Below, in pieces: positions 22,602-33,124 of a stretch of 64,000 nucleotides of DNA. The position numbers and the translations under genes were made by a program. This DNA comes from Phaeosaccion multiseriatum (lineage: Eukaryota > Protista > Ochrophyta, other classes), in NCBI GenBank assembly GCA_965112735.1, contig OZ218953.1, positions 3,906,001-3,970,000 on the forward strand. Reading direction: 5' to 3'. Positions within the stretch are counted from its first letter, which is position 1. The number at the start of each line of letters is the position of its first letter. The notes beneath the pieces were generated by a model, which saw only the letters and a list, made by a program, of their open reading frames with translations, ran no database searches and was not told where the DNA came from.

Positions 22602-25600
22602 ATGCTGGGGGCCAAGCTGGACCAGCTGAGGGCATTCGGACTCAAGGACACTGACTTCGTCCTCGAGGCGCTGCTGAAAGGGGCGGATTTCGATGTGCAG
22701 GTAGGTTTCGATGAGAGAAAGGGGGGGGGGGAGCAAGACCTTCACTCTTCTCCCTCTCTCCCCCCCGCACCTCTACGCGCAGCGCGCACTGAACCACTAT
22801 TATGAGCGAGGACCGCCGGCAGCTCCGGTCTCTACCACAGCCGGACAGCAGCCGAAGCAGAAGCAGACGCAGCAGAAGCAGCGACAAGCCTCCGCGCTCG
22901 TCTCTGTACCCCAGAACAAGGACCCACCTGTTAGGAGTAAGGCGCGTGCTAAACCGTCCACGCCTCTGCCATCATCGAGGTCGTCATCCTCTACTCCGAT
23001 TACTCCCAGTAGCAACGGTGTCAAGGTAGGTTGGCCCCTTTGGAGGGGGTTGGCGGGGCGTGGCGATGCGGTGGAGAGCAGCAGCAGCAGCAGCAGCAGG
23101 AGTTAAGCGCTTGCCTGCTTCGCCTGGTCGTGTTGCTTTCTCAGACTCAGCGGTCTCCTGTTGCTGCGCCGGAGGGCTGGCCGAAGCTGGTCGGGCAGCA
23201 GCTCATTGGAGATGCCTATGTGATCCGAGGCGGGCGGGGCCTCAAGGGTCAGGAGGGTAAGTAGGAACGTTTCATCTCCTATCCTCTCTCTTACCTTGTC
23301 TTCTACCCGGGGAAGTAGGAACGTTTCATCTCCTGCTCTCTCTCTCTCTCTCTCTTACCCTCTCTCAGTAATTGAGCTGCACTGTGAAGGAGAAGACACA
23401 CGAGGTGAGAAACCAAAGGATCGAAAAACGACACGTCGGTCCCTTCCTCCTCCCGAGTTAACTCCCTTTTCCTTGTTTTTTTTCTCTCTACGACAGGCCG
23501 GAAGCGCGGTAAGCAGGCCCTCGCCTCTTCGAGCGGCGCCAACGGCAAGGGCGACAGCAAGGGCAAGGGCAAGAGCAAGACGTTGCGCCCCTCCCCCTTT
23601 GGCACTTCGGGAGGAAAGAAGAGGCCCAGGGGCGGAAGTGTGCGCTTCGCCACCCTCGACGGCCGCATCGAGGGGCGCCTCCCCGACCGCCTCAGCTGCT
23701 TCCTCTCGCCCCTCATGGCACGGGGTTGCCTGCGACTCACGGCCGCGGCTTGCGAGTCTGGCCCTGGGCCGTTGCAGACCTTTGAGAAAGTGTACCTGAT
23801 GATTCGTGTTGAGGTGTACCCGACTCTGTTCGACGACATAAGCGAGGAGCTGGAGCCGGCGCTGCGAGACAATGCCTTTGTGCTCCTGCAGTTCGCTAGG
23901 ACGGGCGTCGTGGAGATTCGAGCGTCGCCTCCCTCCACAGGCACTTCTGCTCCTCCTTCCCCTCCTGCTGCTGTTGCTGCTGGCGGAACCGAGAAGAGTA
24001 GTGGGAAGGGCACCGCTGTCGCCCATATCACTAGCAGCGGGAGCAACAACGCGGACAAGGGGACATCGGTGGGAGAGAGTGCCGAGGAGGCTGCGGCACC
24101 AGCAGAGGTAGACGAGGACGATGTCAATGACATTTACGCCGCCGAGGAGAAGAGATCTGTGGTCGCTGTGGCGGCGCTTCCGGAGGCAGTGGATCCCCCC
24201 CTCCTGCGAGGCATCGTGTTGCGGCGCTACCAGCGGCAAGCCCTGCGCTGGATGTTGCAGAGGGAGAAGAAGAGGTTGATCAGCAAGGGAAGGTCAGGAC
24301 TGGACCTGGACTCACTGCTCAAGAAGAGAGGGGGGGATGACTGGGGGAAGGAAGAGGAGGAAGACGAGGAAGACGAGGACGAGGAGGTGGGACATGAAGC
24401 CCCACCGCAAGAGGAAGCTTTGTCTTCGTCTGCAGGGGTCACGACCCACCTTCGCGCCGGCTGCGTCGTGGTGGAGAGAAGAACCAAGCCCTCACGGATA
24501 CATGCTCTGTGGGAGCGAGGCCACATGGTGAGTGGTGCGTGATGAGGAGCAAGACTTGTTGCCTGTTGCCTTCTCTTTCAGCCGCCTCCTGGTCTTGCGC
24601 GAGCGAGCCCATTTTCCGCCGCACCTTATACTGAAAGCAGTCATCTGTTGCCACGCATCCCGCCCCTGTCTCTCTGTCCTCCTCAGGCAACCCTACACCC
24701 TTTCGGTGTCCAAGACGCCGATCTGCAACAGGAGCAAGAGCGAGGGGGCGGCGCGGAGGAGCTCTCAGGTTCGATTGAGTTCTTTGTCAATCCCTTCTCA
24801 CGGTCCTACCAGCTGCACCCCCCCCCCCCCGCGGAGATGTGCCGAGGCGGCTTGCTGTGCGACACCATGGGGATGGGCAAAACCATCATGTTGCTCTCGC
24901 TTCTCCTCATGGACAAGGAGCACAAGAGGGCAAATGAGGATGCTGAGGCGGCGGGGCGAGCCGCTGGTGGCAGCAGCTCTTCCCCACAGTTACGGAAGGA
25001 GGAGGGAGGGGGAGACTCTCCTCCCGCTGTACCTGCCTCAGCTTACTCTGCGCCGCTCGTGGAGGTGCGGGGAGGGTCTCTGTCTGGCGGTGGGACTGAC
25101 AGAGCTCATCGGGCAGGCGGCGAGAGCAGCGAAGAGGTACTGGTGATTGACAGCGATAGCGACTTCGAGGTGGAGGAGCAGAGTGGAAAGAAGAGAGAGA
25201 GGGGCGTGGAGACGGGAGGCAGCGCGAAGGAGGAAACGAAGAGAGCGCACCGGCACGAGGAGGAGAGAATGAGTAGCCCCCGACTGGAGGGGCAGAGGAG
25301 AGGCAGTAGGAAGAGGCAGAGGACAAAGACGGAACCGGAGAGGGATGTGCAAGAGGAGGAGGAGGAGGAGGAGGAGGAGGAGGAGGATAGCGATGACGAT
25401 GACTGCTTCGAGGAATCTCAAGAGGAGAGCGAGCACGACGACGCTGACGAGGACTATAGCGAGGAGAGGGTGAGCGCGTCCAAATCCAAGAAGAGGCGTC
25501 GGCCTTCTTGTGGGGCGTCGGCCAAAAGAAACGGCAAAGGGAAGAGCAAGGCCATGCAACGACGCGCTTTGGGGCGGGGGGGGGGGGGGGCGCCGTCAAG

Positions 25601-27282
25601 CGAGCAGTCCATAAGAGGACCCAGGGCCATGCCCTACACCGACAGCAGCAGGGCGATGAAGAGTGATGCCGCACAGGGCGAGGCCATCGGGACCTTGGTG
25701 GTGTGCCCCATGTCCATCCTCATGCAATGGGAGGAGGAGCTTCTCAGTCGGTCCAAGCCCGGTGCTCTCTCTGTGCTCGTCTATTATGGACAAGATCGTT
25801 GCAGGCTCCGTTCGACTCTCCTGCGGTACGACGCGGTGCTGACGACCTATGGGACTCTCTGTAGCGAGCTGCAGCAGCTCGAGGCGGCAGGCCCGGGGGT
25901 GTACTTTAAAGACGGCACAGCAAGCCTGTCGGACATGCTGGCCCTGGCGGATGATGTGGAGAGGGTACGGAGGGGCGGGGCGAAAGGGTTCCAGAGCACC
26001 AGTAGCAGCAGCAGCAGCAGCAGCAGGAGAGGTGGAGCAGCCAAGATACCGAAGAAGGGCCTGTTCAGTATGTACTGGCGAAGAGTAATCCTGGACGAGG
26101 CACACGTCATCAAGAATCAGAGCACGGGCCGAGCGAGGGCGGCATGCGGTCTCGCGGCCAAGGCGAGATGGTGTGTGACGGGGACCCCCATTCAAAACAG
26201 CTTTGAAGACATCTTTACACTTATTCGCTTCATCCGACACGAACCATGGAAGGACCCGACGTGGTGGCGCAAGGTCATCTCCGAGCCCTATGAGCGCGGA
26301 GACAAGGAAGCCGTGCAGCGCCTCAAGCTTGTCCTCAGCGCCATCATGCTGCGGCGCACCAAGGACACCCTCGACGAGTTCGGTAAACCCATCTTGACGC
26401 TGCCCCCCAAGACGATGCAGGACGTGCAGCTGGACTTCTCCCCCGCGGAGAAAGACTTTTATCAAGGCCTCCGGAAGCGCTCCAAGATTGAGTTTGAGGG
26501 CTTCCGGGCCTCCGGCAACCTGAGCAGCAAGTACGTGGCCATCTTCGCGATTGTCATGAAGTTGCGCCAGGCCTGCAATCACCCCTTCCTTGCCCTCGGC
26601 CGAGGCACGGACAACGGGGGCAAACCCGCCATCTTTGCGGGCCAAGCCCAGAGTGGCGGGGCGGGCGACAAGGACCAAGCATCAGGGAAGAGGGCAAGCG
26701 CCAAGTCGGGCGGGGGCAGCAGCAGCAGCAAACACGGGGCAGGGGGCGACGAAGTCGATGTGAGAGACGCCGAAGCTGAGGTGGACAGCGGAGTGGTACC
26801 CACGCCTCTGTATATCCAAGAGCTCTATCAGAGGTTCGAGACGAGAGCAGGGAGGTCCCAGGACCAGCCGCAGATCTCGGCCCTAGCAGGGGGCAAAGGG
26901 GGCTTTGGAGATAGCCCAAGGAAGGGTGGCAAAGCGAGCCCGAGAGGAAGCGGCAGCAACGCCGCCAGCAGCCAAAGCTATGGGAAAGCCTTTGTTGACA
27001 AGGTGTGTCCGTCACTGCGAGCGAGCACTCGTGAGCCAATCAATTCCCTTGCTCGCCGATCGCTCTCCCTCGTACCTCCTACCCGCAATCCTAACCACAC
27101 ATCTTCCTGTCTGCCTGTCTCTCTCCCTCCCTCTTTCTCTCCCTCTCCTGTGTAGGTGGCCGAGGAGCTGCAAATGCAAGGCGGCGTGGAGAGCAAGGAG
27201 TGAGTCTTTCTATACCCTTTGCCCACCGGTCGCTTTCCCTCCTCCACTCCTACCCACAATTCTCACCACTCATCTTCCTGCT

Positions 27283-27315
<33 letters not shown>

Positions 27316-28429
27316 TGTATAGGTGCCCTGTGTGCCTGGAGCCCCCGACCCGCCGCCCCGTCCTCACGCCGTGTGCGCACCTCCTGTGCTACCGCTGCTT
27401 GATGGACTGCCTGCGGAAGGAGGCCTCTTGCCCGGTGTGCCGAGAGCCGATGGAAGAGCATGAGGTGATCGAGATGGAGAGAAGCAGCGGTGGCAGTAGC
27501 GCCATCGAGTACAAGGAGGAGGAGAGGGGCGAGGGGGGCCCTGGCCGAAGGAAAGGGGAGGCAGGGGCCGCCTCGGCTGCTTCGGGAAAGCAGCTGCCAG
27601 GGCTGAAGGGGCTCAAGCAGAGCTGGATCGGCAGCACCAAAAGTGAGTGAATGAGAGTGTGTGTGAGTGAGAGTGTGAGTGAGTGAGTGAGTGTGTGAGT
27701 GATAAGTGAGTGAGCGGAGGTGTGAGTGAGGGAGTAAGTGAGGGAGTGAGTGAATGAGTGAGTGAGTGAGTGAGTGAGTGAGTGAGTGAGTGTCGGAGCA
27801 TGTGCGTGAGTGAGTGCGTGTGTGAGTGTGTGCTTGCGTAAGTGAGTCTCCGACCTTCATCAGCTGCAATGTTCAAGCACTTGCTCAACTCTCTCCCTCT
27901 TCCTCTCATGTGCACAGTGAACAAGCTGCTAGAGATTCTGGAGCACATGGAGAGAGAGGACGACTCGGCCAAGGCTGTCATCTTCTCCCAATGGACATAC
28001 ATGTTGGATCTCGTCTCTGTGGCTCTCTCCAAGGAGAACTGGACCTACCAGCGGCTGGACGGCTCCATGACGCAGCCAAAGCGTGAGCTGGCCTTGAAGC
28101 AGTTCGCCGAGCCCAAGGGGCGAACCAAGCTTCTCCTCGTCTCGCTGCACGCGGGCGGGGTCGGACTCAACCTCGTATCGGCGTCGACAGTCGTATTGAT
28201 GGATATGTGGTGGAATCCTCAGGTCGAGTCCCAGGCGATCGATCGCGTCCACAGGTTGGGCCAGACCCGCCCTGTCAAAGTGTTCCGCCTGATGGTCAAG
28301 GGCACAGTGGAAGATCAGATGCTGGTTCTTCAAGAGAAGAAGGCGGGGCTTGCCAAGAACGCGCTGGAGGACGGACGCACGGCAGACAACGGCGTGAAGC
28401 TTGCAGACCTCGTCAAGTTCTTCGAGTGA
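22602..28429 (+). CDS. RAD5: RAD5/HLTF-like SNF2 translocase with UBA/CUE-like N-terminus, HIRAN and RING domains
   Basis: About 9 exons, including a 36-nt microexon (23369-23404). HIRAN-like VRF..GRLP, SNF2 motifs LCDTMGMGKT, ILDEAH, TGTPIQN and QAIDRVHRLGQ, RING CPVC...CAHLLCYRC...CPVC. Confidence 0.9.
27643..27847 (+). repeat. (GTGA)n-type microsatellite at the 5' end of a RAD5 intron
   Basis: Degenerate GTGA/GAGT tandem repeats starting at the donor site. Confidence 0.9.
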
Positions 28430-28515
28430 AGCCGTCGCCCTTTGACCCTTTGGTGCCATCCCCTGACGCACTATCGCCCACATTCTCGAGTGCGCTGTCG
28501 GGCCCCGGGGGGGCC

Positions 28516-28558
28516 GATAGCGGATAGCGTGCCGGTTGGCGCCGGCGATAGCGGATAG
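28516..28558. promoter_or_regulatory. GCCGGYTGGCGCCGGC core flanked by GATAGCGGATAG direct repeats
   Basis: Same core at 49225-49240 and 49316-49331. All copies are intergenic and upstream of a gene. Confidence 0.55.
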
Positions 28559-28726
28559 TGTATCAGGGGTCGACCATCATCCCTGTGAAAGTCAGCGCCC
28601 AGCCAGAGCGAGAAAAAACTGAAACTGCTGAATCACCAACACGTGCACTTCACCACCGAGCTCCACCATCTTTTTTTCTTTTTTTTTAAGAGCAGAGCTC
28701 TACACCTCTTTGAGGGTTCTTTCACG

Positions 28727-29230
28727 ATGGGCTTTACAAGAGCCTGTCTTTCTGCTGTGAGGAGACCCCTGTCTTCCATTTCCCGTCGATGCCCTCTTGC
28801 TGAGTCAAAACAACAATTTCACAGTCCTCCCGCCTCCGAGAAGGTTGACCTAAGGTCAGACACCATAACTTTGCCAAGCGAGAGGATGAGGAGGGCAATG
28901 GCAAATGCGAAGGTTGGGGATGATGTGTTCGGTGAAGATCCCACGGTGAAGGAGCTCGAGAGAGCAGGGGCTGAGCTTATGGGGAAAGAGGCTGCTATCT
29001 TCGTTCCGTCTGGAGGGATGGCCAACCTTATCGGCATCGGCGTTCATTGCCAGGGAGGGCGTGGGGAAGAGCTCATTTGTGGTCGAGACTCCCACGTCTA
29101 CCTTTGGGAAGGAGGAGCCGCAAGCGGTGAGGGGGGAACAGGACGGAAGGAGCTTCGTGTATAGGGCAGCTTCTGAAATCTTCTTCCTGGTTTGCATGCT
29201 CCTTCTCCTCTCTGCTGCTATTGGTGTTGG

Positions 29231-29270
<40 letters not shown>

Positions 29271-30924
29271 ATTGTTGTTGTTGTTCTTTGTTGGTTGGTA
29301 TTGGTGTTGTCGTTGCCAGCCTTCTTGGGTGTGTCGTACATGTGCTTGCCAAATCAGCTGGATGGGACCATCTCGGTGGATCATTTAGAAGCCTCGATCC
29401 GCCCTATCGATGCCCATTGTCCGCGCTCCACTCTTCTATGTCTTGAGGTGAGCCTCTTTCCAAAGGAAGGGAAGGAGATAATTCCCAGAACATGGCAGCT
29501 TAGCAGTGAGCAGTTTAGATGAGTCCACCAGCTACAGCTGGCTTCCTGACGTTCTAGTCCCCGAGACTACAACCCCTCGCAGTCTGTAGCCTTCTCTCAC
29601 CCTCTTGTGTGTCGCTACTCCCCCGACTTGACCACCCTGCCCACCCCCCCTCCATCTCTCTCTAGAACACGCACAACATGCGAGGCGGGAGAGCGCTGAC
29701 CAAGGAGTACACGGAACAAGTGAGCGAAACTGCTCGGGAGCTGGGGCTGAAAGTTCACATCGACGGTACGTTAAGGAGGAGCGGATGAGCAGGGTTGAGC
29801 ACCTGCCAGCCACTGGAGTCACACACCATGAGCTGCAGCGTCACTCCTTTGGGCTTGTACTTGACCACATGCAACCTTCCCCTCCCCCCATGCCTGCCTG
29901 CACCCCCCTCCTTCCTCTCATCTCCTCTGCCGGTAGGAGCGCGTATTCTGAACAGCTCTGTGGCCTTGGGTGTGTCTCCTGCGGACCTCGCCGCCCCCGC
30001 TGACACTGTATCCGTCTGCCTCAGCAAGGGGCTCGGCGCTCCCGTGGGCTCCCTGCTGGTGGGAGGTAAGACAATGGGAGGAGATAGGCAGACCAGAATC
30101 TACGCTTCCTCCTTGGGTTATCATGGCTGCTGATTATTGGCACAAACATGAACCCTCTATTGTCCCTTCGTCGATTGCTCTTCTTCCTGTGAACTCAGCG
30201 GAGAGCCACATGGCACACGCGCGGTACCTGCGCAAGGCTCTGGGAGGGGGGTGGCGCCAGGCCGGAGTCATCGCCGCTGCCGGCCTTGAGTCCCTCAATA
30301 ACGTGGAGAGACTGCAGGAGGACCACAGAAACGCGAAGCTGCTCGCAGGTGGGTTTGCGGGGGAGGCGGGCAAATGAGGTTCCCCAAAGACACCACGCTG
30401 TCAAGCGACTGAGTGGAGAGTTGTTCTCATCGTCGAGGACCTTTGGTTGGCTGGCTGGCTGATGGTAGTGAGTGGTTCATCCCTCTTCCCTCCCCATCTT
30501 CTTCAGAGGGCTTGGCCCGTATCCCCGGCATCGTGTTGGACCCTGCTGCTGTGCACACCAACATTGTGTACTTCGACGTGTGCAGAGAGAGCATGAGCCC
30601 TTCTGCCCTGGCGGGAACGCTGGAGAAGCGGCACGGCGTGCTCATCGGGGCTCACTACGGGCCGAGTACGTGTAGAGCGGTTACGCACCTCGATGTATCC
30701 ACAGCAATGGTGAGAGAGCGAGTGTGTGAGTGTGTGTGAGAGAGAGTGAGAAGAGAAGTGGGCCAAGCAGGTGCGAATCCCTCTGGGTGGATGGACGGAT
30801 GGCCTATTTTGTGCGAGTCCATTGAACCAACCTTGACGATTTGTCCGATTTCTCGTCGGATTGTATGCAGACGGAGGCCGCTGTGAAGGCCGTGAGAGAT
30901 GTCATGGAGTCCACACAGCGATAG
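28727..30924 (+). CDS. Low-specificity L-threonine aldolase, probably mitochondrial
   Basis: 7 exons. Motifs [26 protein letters not shown] and [12 protein letters not shown] (PLP lysine). Arg/Ser-rich N-terminal presequence. Confidence 0.93.
29221..29284. repeat. (GTT)n intronic microsatellite
   Basis: Read directly. Confidence 0.9.
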
Positions 30925-30954
30925 CTTGCGCGGGCGGCTGACAGACTGGCTGTT

Positions 30955-30994
30955 AGACAGACGGACAGGCAGACGGACAGGCAGACAGACAGAC

Positions 30995-31043
<49 letters not shown>
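30955..31043. repeat. (GACA)n microsatellite 3' of threonine aldolase
   Basis: Read directly. Confidence 0.9.
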
Positions 31044-31045
<2 letters not shown>

Positions 31046-31452
31046 AAGGAGACACAGAGATGTCGCCTTCAGTATGCCCTCAGTGTGCCTGCCAATGGTG
31101 GATTTACGATCTCCAGAGGGAAGAGAGCGAGTGAACGACAGCCACAGAGCTCCCAGTGTCGAACAGCTCGAAACAGCCGGCTCCTGCTGCATCATCTCCT
31201 GTCGGGAGGGGATTCCTGCGAGCTGAGGCAGGGCGGTGGAGAGCCGTACAAAGAAGCAGCCTCGCCAAAGGCGGGCAGTTGAGGCTTGGCTCTCTGAGGA
31301 GGGGCAGCGCTCCAAGCATCAGAGCAGCGCCTATGGAATTGGACCTGCAGCGAGGCCGCTGGGCTGAGGTGAGAATGACGCCTACAGACGCTTGTGCGTG
31401 CAACGGAACACTAGCCGTCTCGTTATCGCCAGTAGCCGTCTCGTTGTTGTCG

Positions 31453-31599
31453 GCTCCAGACTGGACTATTGGCCTAGGCCTAGAGACGAAATTCGGCCGG
31501 CCTGACTAGGGGGGCGGTAGGCCCCCGGCGTAGGCCTAGAGGGGGCCACAGGCCTAGGCCTAGGCATATTTTCGGCGCAGCCCCCCCGGCCTAGGCCTA
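31453..31599. repeat. Dispersed GC-rich palindromic element (GGCCTAG family), copy B
   Basis: Colinear homology with 3534-3645 and multiple GGCCTAGGCC palindromes. Confidence 0.85.
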
Positions 31600-31814
31600 T
31601 GGTTAGGGTTGAAGAAAAGACCGAGAGAGAGGTCATGGACATGCCCCGAGTGCGCGTGCGCGGTGGGTTGGCCGGATCCTCAAACAGCGACTGCGAAATC
31701 GAATCACCAACTACTCCCCTTTCCTCTTTCCTATTATTGAGTCAATAAAACACTTTCCGGCCGTGCTTCCCTCTCTTATGCTTCCTCTCTCCTCCCAGGA
31801 TAAGCTTACATGTG

Positions 31815-33081
31815 ATGGTGTTGTTGGCCAGGGTGGCGGTGCTGCTGCTGTCTCTGATTGCAGCATCAGGCGCCGCTGCCACTGAAGAAGCTGCAATTCC
31901 CTGCTTCAACAACTGTTCGGGGCACGGAGAGTGCCGGGAGGCTACTTGCCACTGTAGCCTCGGTTACCACGGCGACGATTGTCGGCATGGTGAGCAATGA
32001 AAAGCAGTGAATGTTGCTGCCGTAGCTCCAGCTCTTCTCATGAAGGCCACGCTACTGCCGCTCCGGGTTGCTTGCTCCTCCCTCATATGTGTTGTCCTTT
32101 GCCAACCTCGCAACGCATCGCAGTGTTTTTGCAGGAAGGAGAGGCACTCATTCCCATCCTCAGCGCCGGACACTTCAACATCACCTCAGCGAACTTCTCC
32201 TCTGCCTTGTCGGAGGGCGGCGAGGAAGGGAAGAGAGAGAGCTCTTTGGTTGTCATCGTATCGTCGAGGTCGTGTCACAAGTGCATACGATTGGAGAGAG
32301 AGTATGATCAAGTGGTGAAGGCCTTTTCGTCAGACGCGACTGACCAGGTATGGCTTAGGTAAAATTACCGCTTTCTTCCACCTATTCCTCTGGTGTTGCT
32401 CTCTTCCCTTCACCCGCCCCCATTCCTGTCCGCTTTGTTCTCCTCACACCAACCACCTCTCTCTATCCTCTCTCTCTCTCTCTGCCCCTTCCCTTCCCTC
32501 CCTCTCTCTCTCTCCTCTGTCTCCTTGGTGCCCCCACTTCGTGGCCTCTACCCCGGGCAGCAGCAGCAGCAGCAGCAGCAGTGGCTCGTAAGCTTCGGCC
32601 GCGTTGATGCTGATGCAGAGGTTCCTCTGACCAAGCGCCTCTTACAAGACCCTGCCATGGCCACCCCCGCCATCCTCTTTTACAGCGGTGCGAGAAAGGG
32701 AGGCAGGAAGAAGAAGGCGGTGGGTGTACCCTACCTGGGGCGCCATAACGCCGCAGATATTGAGGAGTTCGTGCGCAAGCAGCTGGCGCCCACGGTGAGT
32801 GAGCGACAGAGCGACAGTCAATACGCCACAGCACCACAGCACCACAGCACACGCTCCCGTGTCTGAGGGTATCCACGCTTGAGCGTCGGAGATGACTGTG
32901 GGGGTAAGGACGCGGTGCATCGGGTGTAGAAGGATGGGCAGGCGGCGACGGGGTGCGGCTCAGTGCTGATTTGTGTCCTCCTCTCTTGTGTCATTTCGTT
33001 CTCTGTCTGACGCAGGTTAGACATGTGGGAGGAGTGGAGGATGTACACGCCTTCCTCGCGGATCCACGAGTGGTGGGGGTG

Positions 33082-33124
<43 letters not shown>

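Noticed and set aside
24539-24634. Possible intronic C/D snoRNA (GTGATGA...CTGA) in RAD5
   Set aside because: The terminal stem is weak and I recognised no rRNA-complementary guide. It would need snoscan or Infernal.
31044-31452. Short ORFs between the GACA repeat and element copy B
   Set aside because: No recognisable motif, start context or splice structure.
31602-31610. TTAGGG telomere-like words (also near 17789)
   Set aside because: Isolated single units with no array.
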